From: Curvularia clavata
Lineage: Eukaryota
Assembly: GCA_023920165.1 (NCBI GenBank)
Contig: CP089276.1
Span: 2,542,001 to 2,606,000, forward strand
DNA length: 64,000 nt
Direction: 5' to 3'
The position numbers and the translations under genes are program-made. Under the pieces are notes generated by a model. It was given only the letters and a program-made list of their open reading frames with translations, was not told the DNA's origin and searched no databases. Position 1 is the stretch's first letter. Each line of letters begins with the position of its first letter. Of this stretch, positions 50,322 to 62,838 are shown in pieces.

Positions 50322-52591
50322 TCAGAACCGAAATGAAAGCAGATCATCAAAAAGACCGGGCCCTCCGAAAGCTATCTGTGATGGCAGCATGTTCGCCAAA
50401 GAGTCCCATGAAGCATCAGCCACGCTGTCGAGAGTCTGTACTGTTGGTGAAGGGGTAGGCACAGTCACTTGAAGGTTTTGCGATACGCCATCGATGAAGC
50501 TTTCGACATCCAGCGTCCGGGCCCGCTTCCTCGATGGAAAATCCTGATCGCTGGATTCGGTTCTTCGTGGTCGCTTTCTAGTGTCAATTCTTACACCTTC
50601 TCGGATCTCTTTCTGTAGCGCCGACAGTAGTTGAATACCACGCGAAGCAATCTTGCTATCTTTGAATCTTTGCAGGTAATCGATTGTATCTGCAACAAGC
50701 TTTGTATGTTCTCTAACCTCTTTCTCTTCCCCCGTACGATGTAGGGCGTCGAGACTGAGAATGATACCAGCTGCAATCGAGAAAGCCTGTTCAATCCACA
50801 GTATTGGTCCTTGTTCATCATTCGCAGATAGTGCTTCCTTCAAGATCGTTTTTGATGCTGCTATACAAGTGCGACGTGTGAATGTGAATGCTGAATTGGT
50901 GAAAGAAAGTCCCAAGAATTTTCGATGTATCATGATGATCTTATGCGAAGCGCAAATGGCTAATGATCTTCTGGCCCATGCTACATATTTTGGCCACTCG
51001 TTGCATACAGGCGCGTTTGTTGACAAGAAAGTAGGCATACAAGCTGTAGCCAGCTTGCGCATCTTCTCATCATAGTGTAATACCTTCTCATACTTTGTGA
51101 AGAGGGTATTACAGTCCGCCATATCATCCAGCAGCTGTGGCATAAGTGCTGCGATATCATAGCGATAATTGCAATAGCTCGCTTGGGTGGGTGTAGACAA
51201 AGGTTGGGGTATCATGTCGTTGTCATTACAATTCAGTAGTTTCGCGTGTTGATAGAAGCGAGGATTGAGCGAGTAAGATTCTGAAAAGGGAATCTGAAAC
51301 CAGTCTTGCGTACAGAGTTGGTTGAAAACTCTTCGTCCCATTTCTCGTTGGCGCAGCTGATCTCTTGAGAAAGTAGCATTCTCGTCCTCAACACGTAGAC
51401 GATGCAGACCCAAGCTCTGTGCAATGCGTCCAGCCGATGCGAGTAAAACTGATTGGCTGTTCGATTTTCCGAGAGTGTGAGCAGCAATTGTCAGCGTTGC
51501 GATTGCTTGCACGGAGTAAACAGTGTGATCTTCGATGTAACCAGCAATGTTGAGACATGTGACACTGGCTTCATACCATCTTTGTGATAATACTGTTCTT
51601 TCGGCTGGGGAAAACCCCCAAGATTGGTGTACCGATGGCGGTGCACATGTCATGCTTCCTGTGATAATAGCAAACAAAAGGCTCAACCATTGAAGGTTCA
51701 GACTTTCGTTACGTACGTTGCCGTCGTATTCTGTAAAAAACTGGTTCATATCTTGGTTGAATATCGTTGACGAGTAGGACCCATGATACCAGAGAAGGGA
51801 GCTGTTGTGATATTCAACAAGTTGTAAAAGATGATCCTTATTCGGAAGGAGAGCTTCCAGAACATCAATCTGTGCATCTCTGCTGCTTTCACTCATGGAG
51901 TAGGATGTTGTAGCTGGGTCATCATGCCTTATGCTGAATCGCCTCGGTCCACTATTATGCTCTGGTGATGACCCGTATTCAGCGTCCTTCTTTCGACCCC
52001 ATGCCAGGAATTCCAGAACAGTAGCTGTATCTGCAGCCTCAGGAGATGAGAGCACCTCATTGTCTTTTGCAGAAGAATCTACCGCCTCATAGTGTGTGGG
52101 ACTTGCTGGAGTGTCTTCAGGATGCAGTAAAGGCGCTTCGCCTGAAGGCGGATCGTGCCGTTCATTCAATTTAGACTCGAGCTCTTCCACACGTTCTAAA
52201 ATTGCTCGTACAAAGTCTTCGGATACGGTGGTTCCCCTTTGAGTTCCATGAGCAGCATGTGATACAGATTGTGAAGTCGAGGCGTCCTCTCTCGAACAAA
52301 AGCTCGCATAACCCCTAATTAATTACTTAGTATAGAGTATGGCAGAACACGTCCTACCAATTCACTTAAAGTTTAAGGTTAGCTGTTCGGACACAGCAAG
52401 CTTTGTGGATGTCTTTAACAAGCCGACTCTGCGGCGAGGCCGCATGTCCCAGGTGATAATAAAAAGAGAAGTGCTGACCTTCTGATACAGGTACTGCAGG
52501 GAACCTTCTTATCGCACTTGATCTTTCTCTTGTAACATTCTGTACAGGTCAAACGCGGCCGTTGTCCTTTGAAAAAGTTTCCGTCGTCCAT
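50322..52591 (-). CDS. Zn2Cys6 transcription factor with fungal TF domain
   Basis: Exon 1 RLTCTECYKRKIKCDKKVPCSTCIR, intron ~52478-52315, then LEFLAWGR, RIAQSLGLHRL and REMGRRVF. Confidence 0.88.
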
Positions 52592-52983
52592 TGATGTCGA
52601 TAGCTATGCTCGAAGGCAGTTCGGAATCTCGCAGACTTGATCGCTAGCCTCACGTAAGCTGCAACCGGCTCTCAATGAAGCTGCATGTCGGGATGATAGA
52701 CGGATGACAGGGGGCGGCCGAGATGTCGGGGGAGCCTTATCTACGGCCAATCTAAGCTGACATGCCCCGCCGCGAGCATTCAACCCACTGCCACTCTCTA
52801 ACGGCGGTAACGGCCGAGCCTAGCGGCGGCATCAACATCAGAGGGTTTTCTTTGACGCAGATCAAAACCGAGCTGGTACATGTCCAGATGAAGGTGATTA
52901 AACATAAGAGTGGTTGCATTCTGCTCGAGGTTTGACAAGACAACGCTTCGACATCGAACAAGTCAAATCTTACACACTTCATC

Positions 52984-54133
52984 ATGGCACCCACAAGATA
53001 CACCGACCGCCATGTGCCAACCATCTCACTTCGCAACTTCGACCTGCGGGTGGACGAGATCACTCGTGAGCTAGTTGATGCTGCAGAAAACCATGGCTTC
53101 TTTTGCATTGTGGATCACGAAATCAGCCGCAGTACTATTGATAGCATCTTCGAGCAGTCGTCTCGCTTTTTTGGTCAGCCTAATGATGTGAAGTCAAGAG
53201 TACCCTTCTCTCCTCAACACAACGCCGGGTGGGAGAAGAATGCGCAAATAAGGCCATCTACAGGAGCAGTTGATCGCAAAGAATCGTATCAAATGCAATT
53301 TGGAGAAGGCATGAATGGTGAGTTGCTCTTACTAGGCCGGTTTATGGCAGCACTGATTGATTAAAGGGCGCTGGCTGGATGATGAGACATTGCCAGGTTT
53401 TCAGGCCGAAGCCCTAGACTTCATGCACAAAGTACAATCAGTTAGCGAAAAACTCATGATATGTTTTGCGAGGGGTCTGGGCTTCGAAGATGACTATTTT
53501 GTCAAAGCCCATGATGTCCGCCGGCCAGAGTCCCAAACAGTCTGTCGTCTCCTGCATTATTTCGAAACACCCAAAGTGCAGAGTCAAAATGGAGAGGTGT
53601 ATCACAGGGCGGGTGCGCACACTGATTGGGACTTTTTGACTTTACTGTTCCAAAAGGCTGGACAGTCGGGTCTGGAGATCTGCCCGGGGAGAGAAGCTTC
53701 GACGGCTTTTGGTTCTGGCGACTTGTGGACAAAGGTCGAACCTGATGCTGAGAAGAATGCTATTGGTAGGTCGTCTTTTGCTTAGATATAGACTTCTGAC
53801 TCATACTACACAGTCTGCAATGTCGGCGACTTGCTCATGTCATGGTCTGACGACCGCTTCAAATCAACCTTGCATCGTGTCAAGGCACCGTGCGAGCCAG
53901 ACGATAACTACGGCGAGCGATACAGCATCGCTTTCTTCAACCAGCCATGCAAGGACGCGAAGATCCAAGGGCCTATGAAAAAGTACCCAATGGTAACGGG
54001 TGAGGAATTTACTAGGAATGCTATGAACCGGAACTACCAAGCAGTACAAGAGAAGCTGAGGAAGGAAAGGGAGTCGGCAGGTAAGGCGAGAGAGGTAGAC
54101 ACGGTAGTGACTTCAGTTAGCGTTGCTGTTTGA
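52984..54133 (+). CDS. 2-oxoglutarate/Fe(II) dioxygenase (IPNS / thymine-7-hydroxylase-like fold)
   Basis: AAENHGFF, RLLHY, GAHTDWD (HxD), CNVGDLL, STLHRV, RYSIAFF; two introns. Confidence 0.92.
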
Positions 54134-54448
54134 GTCGAGTTTCTGTAATATCGCGATTTTACTCAATGTGCTTATCATGGATATATGAAATGTATTTGTT
54201 CTGGTTTTCACGTGCTCACGCGTTTGTCTTGGCGCGACATACCTAAATCAGTGCACTTGCCACTTCGCTCAGCCACTTGGGCAAACTCAGTACATGAACA
54301 GCGTCGCGACCACACTCGGCCATGCTGAGGAGCCAGTCCCATGTTTAGAAATCCTCGAGAGAACCGCACATTGCCTGAGACGTCAAGGCTAGCCCCGTCG
54401 ACCGGTCGTCCCCCTTCGCCACCCCGCTCTTCATCAAGCGACGCAACC

Positions 54449-56995
54449 ATGGCCACCAAAACCGCAACGAAGAAAGCAGCGTCGAAGCCGAGTACGAGCA
54501 CTTCTCCGCCAAATCGCAAAACTGTTCAGACTACACTCACACCGGCCGATTTTGCGAAGAAGCCGTCTTCTGCGAATAATGGCAAGAAGCAGAAACCAGC
54601 CGGGACGCCGAATGGCAACATCATGGCATTCTTTAAAAAAGCTGAGGAGATCAACAGTCGCATATTCCTACAAGAAAGAGGTGCGAACCCAGCAATTGCG
54701 CTCGAAAATTACGAGGAAGATGTCGGCTGGAGTGATGAGAAGAGCAACGGCGTCGTAATCTCAGACAACGGCGAAGATCGCTACAACGAGAATTGCAGCA
54801 GTAACAAACGTCGGAAAGTCAGCGAAGAGCCAGCAGTACCGCCTCCGGCATGTTCACCACCTCCGCCAGCTGATGCTGAGAGCAAAGCTCTAGACACACT
54901 CACAGCACATATGTCTAAACAAGTGCAGAAGCCACGCAAGAAATCAGGACCCTTTGTAGATGATTCGGAATCCGAAGACGAAGGAGGAGAGATACCTGCT
55001 ACAAGTTCAGGTATGGCTATGCGAAAACAGAGTGAGATGTCGCCAATTACTAAAGAATCCGAGGATCCACCAATGATGGAAGCATCTAATCCAGAATCGA
55101 TACTAAGAGAAGAAGAGGAAAATTACGAAGATTACGAAGGGCTCGAGGATGACGATCTACTTGAAGGGGAAGAGTATGACGAAAGGCGTTGGATGAAAGA
55201 ACAACATAAACTAGAGATGGAAGAGGCGGGATTTGAGGGCGACCCAGACGAATTTGAGGCCCCTTTCTTATTTCCAGAGCAGGAAACATCAGAATTTCGA
55301 CAAGGAATGCAACAAAGCGATACCTCCAACATACCCTCATGCCCAATATGCGGTAGTAGTCTACCAGGTCTGCCAGAACAAGACGTATCTGTGCACGTCA
55401 ATGCATGCCTGGATGGCAAGCCACTTCCGCTTCCCGTACCAAAGACAGAACACCAAATCGAACGGGATGCTGGGGGTACTGCTAAGGCATCCATGCAGAG
55501 GGAAAGACCAGCCAAACCCGGCCAAGCAAACCCATTCCAGTTTGCAAAGCCGAGTACGCAGTCCGCCTCGGCGTTTTCAAAGCTCATGGCTGGGCATGCT
55601 GAGGACGCCGCATGGGCGACTGCGGCTGCCGAGAATAACAAGGCCCGAGGCAAGCCCGCCTATCAGCGGACTTGTCCATTCTACAAGATTATGCCAGGTT
55701 TTTTTATTGCTGTCGATGCTTTCCGCTATGGGGCTGTTAAAGGCCAGAACGCTTACTTCCTTAGTCACTTTCACAGCGATCATTATGTTGGGCTTACTGC
55801 ATCTTGGAAGCATGGTCCAATATATTGCAGCAAAGTCACAGGGAATCTGGTACGGCAACAACTTCGAGTCGATCCGAAATGGGTTGTAGATCTTGATTTT
55901 GAGGTCAAAACAGAAGTGCCGGGAACTGGAGGCGTGTTCGTGACGATGATATCAGCGAATCATTGTCCTGGTAGCTCCCTCTTCCTGTTTGAGAAAGAAA
56001 CTGGCAAAGGTGCAAACCCAAGGATGCAACGGGTCTTACACTGTGGAGACTTCCGCGCATGCCGAGCACACATCGAGCACCCCCTTCTCCGCCCCGATGT
56101 ACTGGACGCTGTAAGTGGGAAGACCAGGCAGCAGAAACTTGACGCTTGCTACCTTGATACTACCTACCTCAACCCAAAATATGCTTTCCCACCACAACAT
56201 CAGGTCATCCAGGCTTGCGCAGACATGTGCGTCAGTCTCAGCAAGGCTCGTGCTGATGAGTCAGATGGGTGGGAGAAAATGAAGCGGAAGCGCGCGGGGC
56301 AAGGCATGGTCAACTTTGTGCAAAAGGACTCTAATGCGGACGACCCATTACAGCCAAAGAGCCCTGAGCGAGGTCGCCTCCTTGTTGTTGTAGGCACATA
56401 CAGCATTGGAAAAGAACGCATATGCACCGGTATCGCAAAAGCCCTGAAAAGCAAAATATATGCTCCCACCAACAAACAGCGCATATGCAAGGCGCTCGAA
56501 GACCCCGAGCTGGATGCGCTGCTGACGACCGATCCTCGTGCTGCTCAGGTACATATGACCCCACTTTTTGAAATTCGGGCAGAGACGTTAGACGACTATT
56601 TGCGTGGTTACGCTGATACGTTTTCACGCGTCGTTGGTTTCAGACCCTCTGGCTGGAACTATCGTCCACCTCGAGGGCGCTTTACCGAATCGCCTCAGGT
56701 GCAGACTGTTCTATATTCGGATAACTGGAAGAGTACATTTTCCATGGAAGACCTCAAACCGCAAGCAGGCAGTGGGAGCAGGGCTAGTTGCTTTGGTGTA
56801 CCATATAGCGAGCATAGCAGCTTCAGGGAGCTAACAATGTTCTGTTGCGCGCTAAGGATCGACAAGATAATACCTACCGTCAATGTAGGTAGCGCGAGCA
56901 GCAGGGAGAAGATGAAAGTTTGGTGTGATAGGTGGGCTGCCGAGAAGAAGAAGAATGGCTTATTCAAATTAGGCAAGGGTGACGAAGGATGGTAG
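54449..56995 (+). CDS. PSO2: DNA interstrand cross-link repair nuclease Pso2/Snm1 (UBZ + MBL + beta-CASP)
   Basis: CPIC..HVNACLD, VDAFRY, FLSHFHSDHY, ANHCPG, HCGDFR, LDTTY, YSIGKE, PYSEHSS. The start may be ATG 54341. Confidence 0.94.
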   Translation: MATKTATKKAASKPSTSTSPPNRKTVQTTLTPADFAKKPSSANNGKKQKPAGTPNGNIMAFFKKAEEINSRIFLQERGANPAIALENYEEDVGWSDEKSNGVVISDNGEDRYNENCSSNKRRKVSEEPAVPPPACSPPPPADAESKALDTLTAHMSKQVQKPRKKSGPFVDDSESEDEGGEIPATSSGMAMRKQSEMSPITKESEDPPMMEASNPESILREEEENYEDYEGLEDDDLLEGEEYDERRWMKEQHKLEMEEAGFEGDPDEFEAPFLFPEQETSEFRQGMQQSDTSNIPSCPICGSSLPGLPEQDVSVHVNACLDGKPLPLPVPKTEHQIERDAGGTAKASMQRERPAKPGQANPFQFAKPSTQSASAFSKLMAGHAEDAAWATAAAENNKARGKPAYQRTCPFYKIMPGFFIAVDAFRYGAVKGQNAYFLSHFHSDHYVGLTASWKHGPIYCSKVTGNLVRQQLRVDPKWVVDLDFEVKTEVPGTGGVFVTMISANHCPGSSLFLFEKETGKGANPRMQRVLHCGDFRACRAHIEHPLLRPDVLDAVSGKTRQQKLDACYLDTTYLNPKYAFPPQHQVIQACADMCVSLSKARADESDGWEKMKRKRAGQGMVNFVQKDSNADDPLQPKSPERGRLLVVVGTYSIGKERICTGIAKALKSKIYAPTNKQRICKALEDPELDALLTTDPRAAQVHMTPLFEIRAETLDDYLRGYADTFSRVVGFRPSGWNYRPPRGRFTESPQVQTVLYSDNWKSTFSMEDLKPQAGSGSRASCFGVPYSEHSSFRELTMFCCALRIDKIIPTVNVGSASSREKMKVWCDRWAAEKKKNGLFKLGKGDEGW

Positions 56996-57981
56996 AAGTG
57001 AGTCCTTCACTTTCTAGGATAATCGAATACTTAGCGAACCATAAAAAGTGCATGTATGAGTGCTTGCTCTGTTCAGCCTTTGATTATCAATCCAGGTAGC
57101 TTGCACTACGATATCGGCTATCGTGACTATGCCTTTCTCCATATTCTGTTCAACAAGGAAGGCTTTCCACACCCCATCAACTACCCCAGTGTCGCTTATG
57201 TCAGGAGTGGCCAAAGTTTGGTTCCGCTGATACATTCGGTCCTTCTTCCCCAAACGCTGGACCTCCAATGTTCAAAAAAGCAACCCTGAGATACTAGTGA
57301 TGGGATAAGGTATCAATCCCAAGTTCGACAGCGTTTGACGTCTGCCAAACTGGCAAACGATGTGGCCCAAGCGCTGCTCCATCACCCTTTGTTTCAACGC
57401 GGCTTATTGGAGAACATTATTGACAACGCAGTAAAACAATGGAATAAGACAACGCCAATGAAATGGAACAAGACCAATGAGTATTGGAGCCTATCATTTT
57501 CTTCCGGACGCGGGCAGGCAGTGCAGCAAGCCAGTGATGGACGGGCTGACGCGTCTTGCAGAGGAGCTGAACGCCTCTCCACGTGTGTGGCAGTGGGGCG
57601 CTGCATCGGCACCCCAAGTTTGGATCTTTTGTTGCGCGAGTCAACTCTATATCCCTTCTTAGGGACCTAGTGCCCCCTCTCCCTTGCGATTTGCACATTT
57701 CTATCGTCCCATCGTTCCTTTTTCGGCCGTCGTGGGACCGACCGTTCTCCACATTTTGTTTTTGCCCATGGTCGTGCTAACTAGACTAAGGTCAAACGTC
57801 AAACTCGCTGCAGCGTCTCGTATCTAAAAACAGCAACACTGAAGCACTGTCTCCCTTGTTCGTTGCACCCTTAACAAAACGAAGTCGATTCTGGACGGAC
57901 GAACGCTATTTCTTCTTTTTGCATCTTTGTGTCTTCTTGTTTAATGGCATTTTCTAGTTTACTTTCTCCAAGCGGTTCGAT

Positions 57982-58209
57982 ATGACCAAGCACAGACATG
58001 ATGACATCTTTCTCCTCTTCTTCCGCGTAATGTACCTTTCTATTTTCACGGGATATACTTGCTTTACCATTCTGGGGTTCGGGGCGATCGGAGCGCCAAT
58101 CGGGATGGTGGCAACGGTTGTAGTGGCGGTGGGGTCCGAGATTGCATTTGTGCTTGCGAAGAAGGAACAAGAGGAAGATAGAATGATGCAAGAACGGTAC
58201 ACGGTGTGA
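57982..58209 (+). CDS. Possible small two-TM membrane protein (75 aa)
   Basis: ATG start, two hydrophobic segments and a charged tail; no family recognised. Confidence 0.3.
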   Translation: MTKHRHDDIFLLFFRVMYLSIFTGYTCFTILGFGAIGAPIGMVATVVVAVGSEIAFVLAKKEQEEDRMMQERYTV

Positions 58210-59494
58210 AGTCGAGATGTGCTGATGCGGATCCGAGAGAAAGGAAGAAGCAGATGTGTCGGGTTACTCAACAACCGGATACGATACGGAACTTCCGATC
58301 ACGACAATCACAACCCCAAGAAAGAGGACTGGAATCTCTTTTTTATGATGCCATCGCAAAGACTCTAACCGACTTCACGGATATGGTCCAACCTGGCCTA
58401 TCCCAACGGCAGACTCAGTTCTTGTACAGTCTATTACCATCGACTCTTAAGAAGACTTTAGACTGGGACTCGAACATTGCATGCACCTACACATGCGATA
58501 AATCATGTCAGCTTACGCGTTCTACAACCGGGAACTTCGAATAGCGCCCATGGGAATTATACTCATACATCGCCGACAGAAAGACCTTACTCAAGCGCAA
58601 TAGACCCAATACGAAGGAGATTATTACTCCGACCGCTTCACACGCCGCCGAACCTGACCACACGTTATGTTGCTGCGTATAAATTGGGACGGGTGTTCTC
58701 GAGGTACTAGGACGAATACTTGATAAATAATGGACAGCTTGCAGCAAGCTGGTAGTAAGCTTGCAAAGGAGTTTGGGAGAGAATACGGAAAGAAGCTGAG
58801 AGCTATTTATCAGCAGTGGGTAGACGAGTATGGGCTCGCGCCAAAGTGTTAATTTTGTAATTTTAATTCATATTCGCTCAATGATTTTTTCACGCATCAT
58901 GGCGATAGGGTTAAGTAAGCGTCTACGTCGACCTTGATTTGTCAATACCTGTGTTCTTTGCTTCCGCAACAGGAAAGGCACGCAACACATGGTGGTCACT
59001 AGTTTCGCCAAAATGAGATGCAAAGCTTCGTTATCGTCAGCCTTACCGCTGAACAATGGGCAACTGGTTACCACCAGAACTCCTTCTCCTTTTGCTCTCA
59101 CTCGGTATTTGAATTTTAACTAATATTGGTCTATCTGAATATCAACGCCTTTCTTGTGCTTCACAAACACATAGATTGTCTCTACAACGTGCGGGTCCCC
59201 CTGTCGCACTAGACCGAGACCTCGCTATATTCACATAAGCGTGATGCAATGTGCTGCAGCTTGAACAAGGACATTGGTTGGTCGCAACATGAAGGCAACA
59301 GCTGCGTCGTGCACTGCCCCATCGACCAAAAACCGAGCCTCATGGTTTCTATCGTCGACTCACCAATAAAAGGCTGCTTCTCTGACTCCTCAGGGCTCGA
59401 TACTGTTCCTAGCTTACTCGTTTTTTACCAATTCTGCATATGCTAGGTGTACCCACAACCTGACCAAGCATAAACCAAGCAACCTTATCTCATC

Positions 59495-61198
59495 ATGAGG
59501 CTTCTGAACACAAAATCTCTTGAGCTTAGCCGTCCCTATGTACCGAACGAGGTTCCAGACTATGCAATTCTTTCGCATCGGTGGAATACTGAAGAGGTCA
59601 CATTTGCAGATCTAAGCAACACACGCATTGTCCAACCTGAAAGCCAAGCTCGTACGAAGAATGGGTTTGCAAAGATACAGGGAGCTTGCAAACGGGCACT
59701 CAATGATGGATACGATTGGATCTGGATTGACAGTTGTTGCATCGACAAGTCCAGTTCGGCTGAATTACAAGAAGCCATCAATTCTATGTGGCGATACTAC
59801 GCGGAGTCAAATGTTTGCTATGTTTATCTAGCAGATGTTCCCGACTCAGAAGCTGGCTGGGGTTCAATATTTGCCAAAAGCGAATGGTTCACGCGTGGTT
59901 GGACGTTGCAAGAGTTAATCGCCCCAACATATGTCGAGTTCTTTGCGGAGAATTGGGTCGCAATCGGTACGAAGTTCGAACGATATCAACAGATTGCAGA
60001 AATTACCTCGATCGACTCAGATGTTCTCATCCGTGTTCACACTATTGAAAAATTCAGTGCTGCAGAAAGACTTTCATGGGCATCTCATCGAAACGTCACC
60101 AGGGAAGAGGACGAGGCATACTCGCTCCTAGGTCTATTTGACGTCAATATGCCACTTCTATATGGAGAGGGGCGGGAGAAAGCCTTTTTCAGGCTCCAAG
60201 AAGCTATCTACAATGCTACAGCTGACCACTCAATGTTTCTATTTCGCCATAGCCAACACAAACTTGCCCAACCTCTATTGGCTAGTTCGCCAGCAAGCTT
60301 CTGCGACAGATTGGGTTGCGATTCCTGTGCCTCGCGGGGAAGTCAGAATACATCCTCAAGTTTTCGATATCGCGATATCATTGCATCCGATCGGTGGATT
60401 ACACAAGCCCATGAACAAATCATGACTACTGTTACCACGACCCGCAATGAGGTCACCACTGTGCTTCCGCTGTTGGACTATCAACTTGTTTTCAACAAGC
60501 TAGAATTTTTCGACAGAGAGGCGCCGCGACCCATTACAACACATGTAGCAGTACTCAATCATACCCTGGAAAAGTACCCCCAAGGCGCTTTCTGTCTATT
60601 GTTAGAACGACACCCTTACCTGGATATATGCATCCGCAAAAACGACCTCCCGGCCGTTTTGCCCCATCTTGGGGACAGCGTGTCTCAAATTGAAAAGACG
60701 AAACTCCTCATATGTCCAATACTGAGTACAAAAAATCACGAAAACTGCATCCAAACCCTGTTTTCTGTTGACAGCGACTTGTTTCATGTAGAGGCATGGG
60801 ACGCTGAGGGTAGCAAAAATCGGTTATTCATATCAGGACAGCCAGAACAAAAATCAGACTTCAAAATTCTAGCAAGAAATTCTGATACAGCCGAAAACTC
60901 AGTCAAAGTATCTTGTCAAATCTGTGGTTCACAGAATCCAAACTTGTTGCTCACTATCCGAATAGTTCAAATGCATGGAATTTGGTCCATCAAGGAGATT
61001 TTTGAACGAAAAAGTGGGGGTAGGGAACGAAAACTACGCACGTTGTTTCTTTCCTCTACTCCTACCGATCGTTGTGCAATTGAGTTTCCGAGTGGAAAGA
61101 TGCTGTCAGTGAAGCTTCGACGCTTACCTAGCTCTGCTCGTACTCCTCAAGGCTTTTTCGTAAAAAACCGTTATCGAATCTCAGTAGACAGTCGATAG
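59495..61198 (+). CDS. HET-domain (heterokaryon incompatibility) protein
   Basis: MRLLNT, YAILSHRW, WIWIDSCCIDKSSSAELQEAINSM, WFTRGWTLQELIAP, AYSLLGLFDVNMPLLYGEG. Confidence 0.92.
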   Translation: MRLLNTKSLELSRPYVPNEVPDYAILSHRWNTEEVTFADLSNTRIVQPESQARTKNGFAKIQGACKRALNDGYDWIWIDSCCIDKSSSAELQEAINSMWRYYAESNVCYVYLADVPDSEAGWGSIFAKSEWFTRGWTLQELIAPTYVEFFAENWVAIGTKFERYQQIAEITSIDSDVLIRVHTIEKFSAAERLSWASHRNVTREEDEAYSLLGLFDVNMPLLYGEGREKAFFRLQEAIYNATADHSMFLFRHSQHKLAQPLLASSPASFCDRLGCDSCASRGSQNTSSSFRYRDIIASDRWITQAHEQIMTTVTTTRNEVTTVLPLLDYQLVFNKLEFFDREAPRPITTHVAVLNHTLEKYPQGAFCLLLERHPYLDICIRKNDLPAVLPHLGDSVSQIEKTKLLICPILSTKNHENCIQTLFSVDSDLFHVEAWDAEGSKNRLFISGQPEQKSDFKILARNSDTAENSVKVSCQICGSQNPNLLLTIRIVQMHGIWSIKEIFERKSGGRERKLRTLFLSSTPTDRCAIEFPSGKMLSVKLRRLPSSARTPQGFFVKNRYRISVDSR

Positions 61199-62838
61199 AT
61201 AGTTCTTTCATAATCGTATGTTGTTTCATACAAGAGATCCACCAAATAGAAAAATGAAATCAAGTTATCGGCTTTAGTTAAACGTTTGGCCTTCTTTTTC
61301 AGAGTAAGAATCGAACCGGCAACTGTATCCAAAGCTTGTGGAGAAATTTTGATCTAGTGATATAATTGAAATAGAACGTATTATGCGGCAGTCAATACGT
61401 CGTGTATCAAATACTCCACCTTGAACTTCCTCCTACTCGTTTCTCTTAAAGTAGTGTCATAGAGCCACTGTGAGGAAGCTCCACGCTTCCTAAGTAGCTA
61501 GCTTTGATCACAACAAGGTACTACCTTCTACCAACCTAGACTTGACCCACAAATTCCCGAAAAAGGCGGTATTTTTAGCGACTTTAGATGAGAATCTACT
61601 GAATCCCGTTAAGGTGAGGGTAGTAAGGTCTTTGCTCAGGCAATAATGAATATCTGCAAAGTTTGAATCTCAAAGCGTGCGAAAACAGAAGCATATTATG
61701 CACAACGCTGTATTGTGAGGAGAGGATACTACGCATATACTAGAAGCGTTTACTTTGCACTCATTTTCACACGCTGTCGAAACTGCACCTACCTATAATA
61801 ACCTGGAGGTCAAAATGAGGTTCACCGACCGTTCTATGCGTGTTGTAGAGCGTGAAGGTTGCTTCTGCGCTTAGTCTGATGTATCAATGATAGGGTCATG
61901 AGCAATAGGATCATGGGTCCAATTCTAACCATAGGCAGAAGAAATTAACAGGTTATCATATTCAAGCCGTTGAAACGTGTTTCCGTGACGTAGAATGTTC
62001 CAGTCCAACCTTAAAGTCTAGCTTGAGTGAGAGAAAAACGAAAAGACGACGTAAGACCTTTCACAGGAAAACGTGGCACAAATGCGCTACTTGAGAAGAT
62101 TTTGGTGCAACAAGACCTGTTTGATTCATGAGGGTAAGTCTGGAGAATTTTATTGCTATTCCGCAATTGGACCGCGGTGCTAGTATTTCCTGAAACAGAG
62201 ATCCAGGTCGGCCGAGCGAATTCTTCTAGATCGATATGGATGCGCTGCTTTGCACTGTACCCACGATCACAATGCCGCAGCGGCAAGTTAACGCCTCAGC
62301 CGATCTGTTATGACGAAATGACAACGGCGACTAAACAAGGATTGCCTGGGCATCTTTGCTTGTTACGGGTCGCCACGTTGTCTCGGCAGATCGAATCGTT
62401 TCAGGAACAAGGGATGCGACATGTTGACGTCTTCACCGCGAGTCTTGTCCGAGATTTTTGCAGTCTTGTCGCCCTAAATGGAGATGCTTTTCGGACCTTT
62501 TATGACGGGGTTAACGGTGATTGTGGTGCACGCCCCGTTTTGAGGCTCAAGAACGTGGTTAAAGTGGGTCTGATGTCAACGGCGTAGATCGGCGAAAGGA
62601 CAAAACACCAGGATAAGCCATACCTCCATGTCTCCAACCTCATACCGAGTTTCGATGTATTACAAATGCTAGGAAAATTTCTAGAAGGTTGGAAAGAGTG
62701 TAAATATAAAACTGTAGCGGTATACTGCGTGTAGTTACCATTCTATCCATCAAAACTCATCTCACATCAACGCAACTACTCTTTCCAATCTCTTATTTTC
62801 GTGCAATTCCCTTTCAGTACCAGAGCAAGCGAAAAGAC

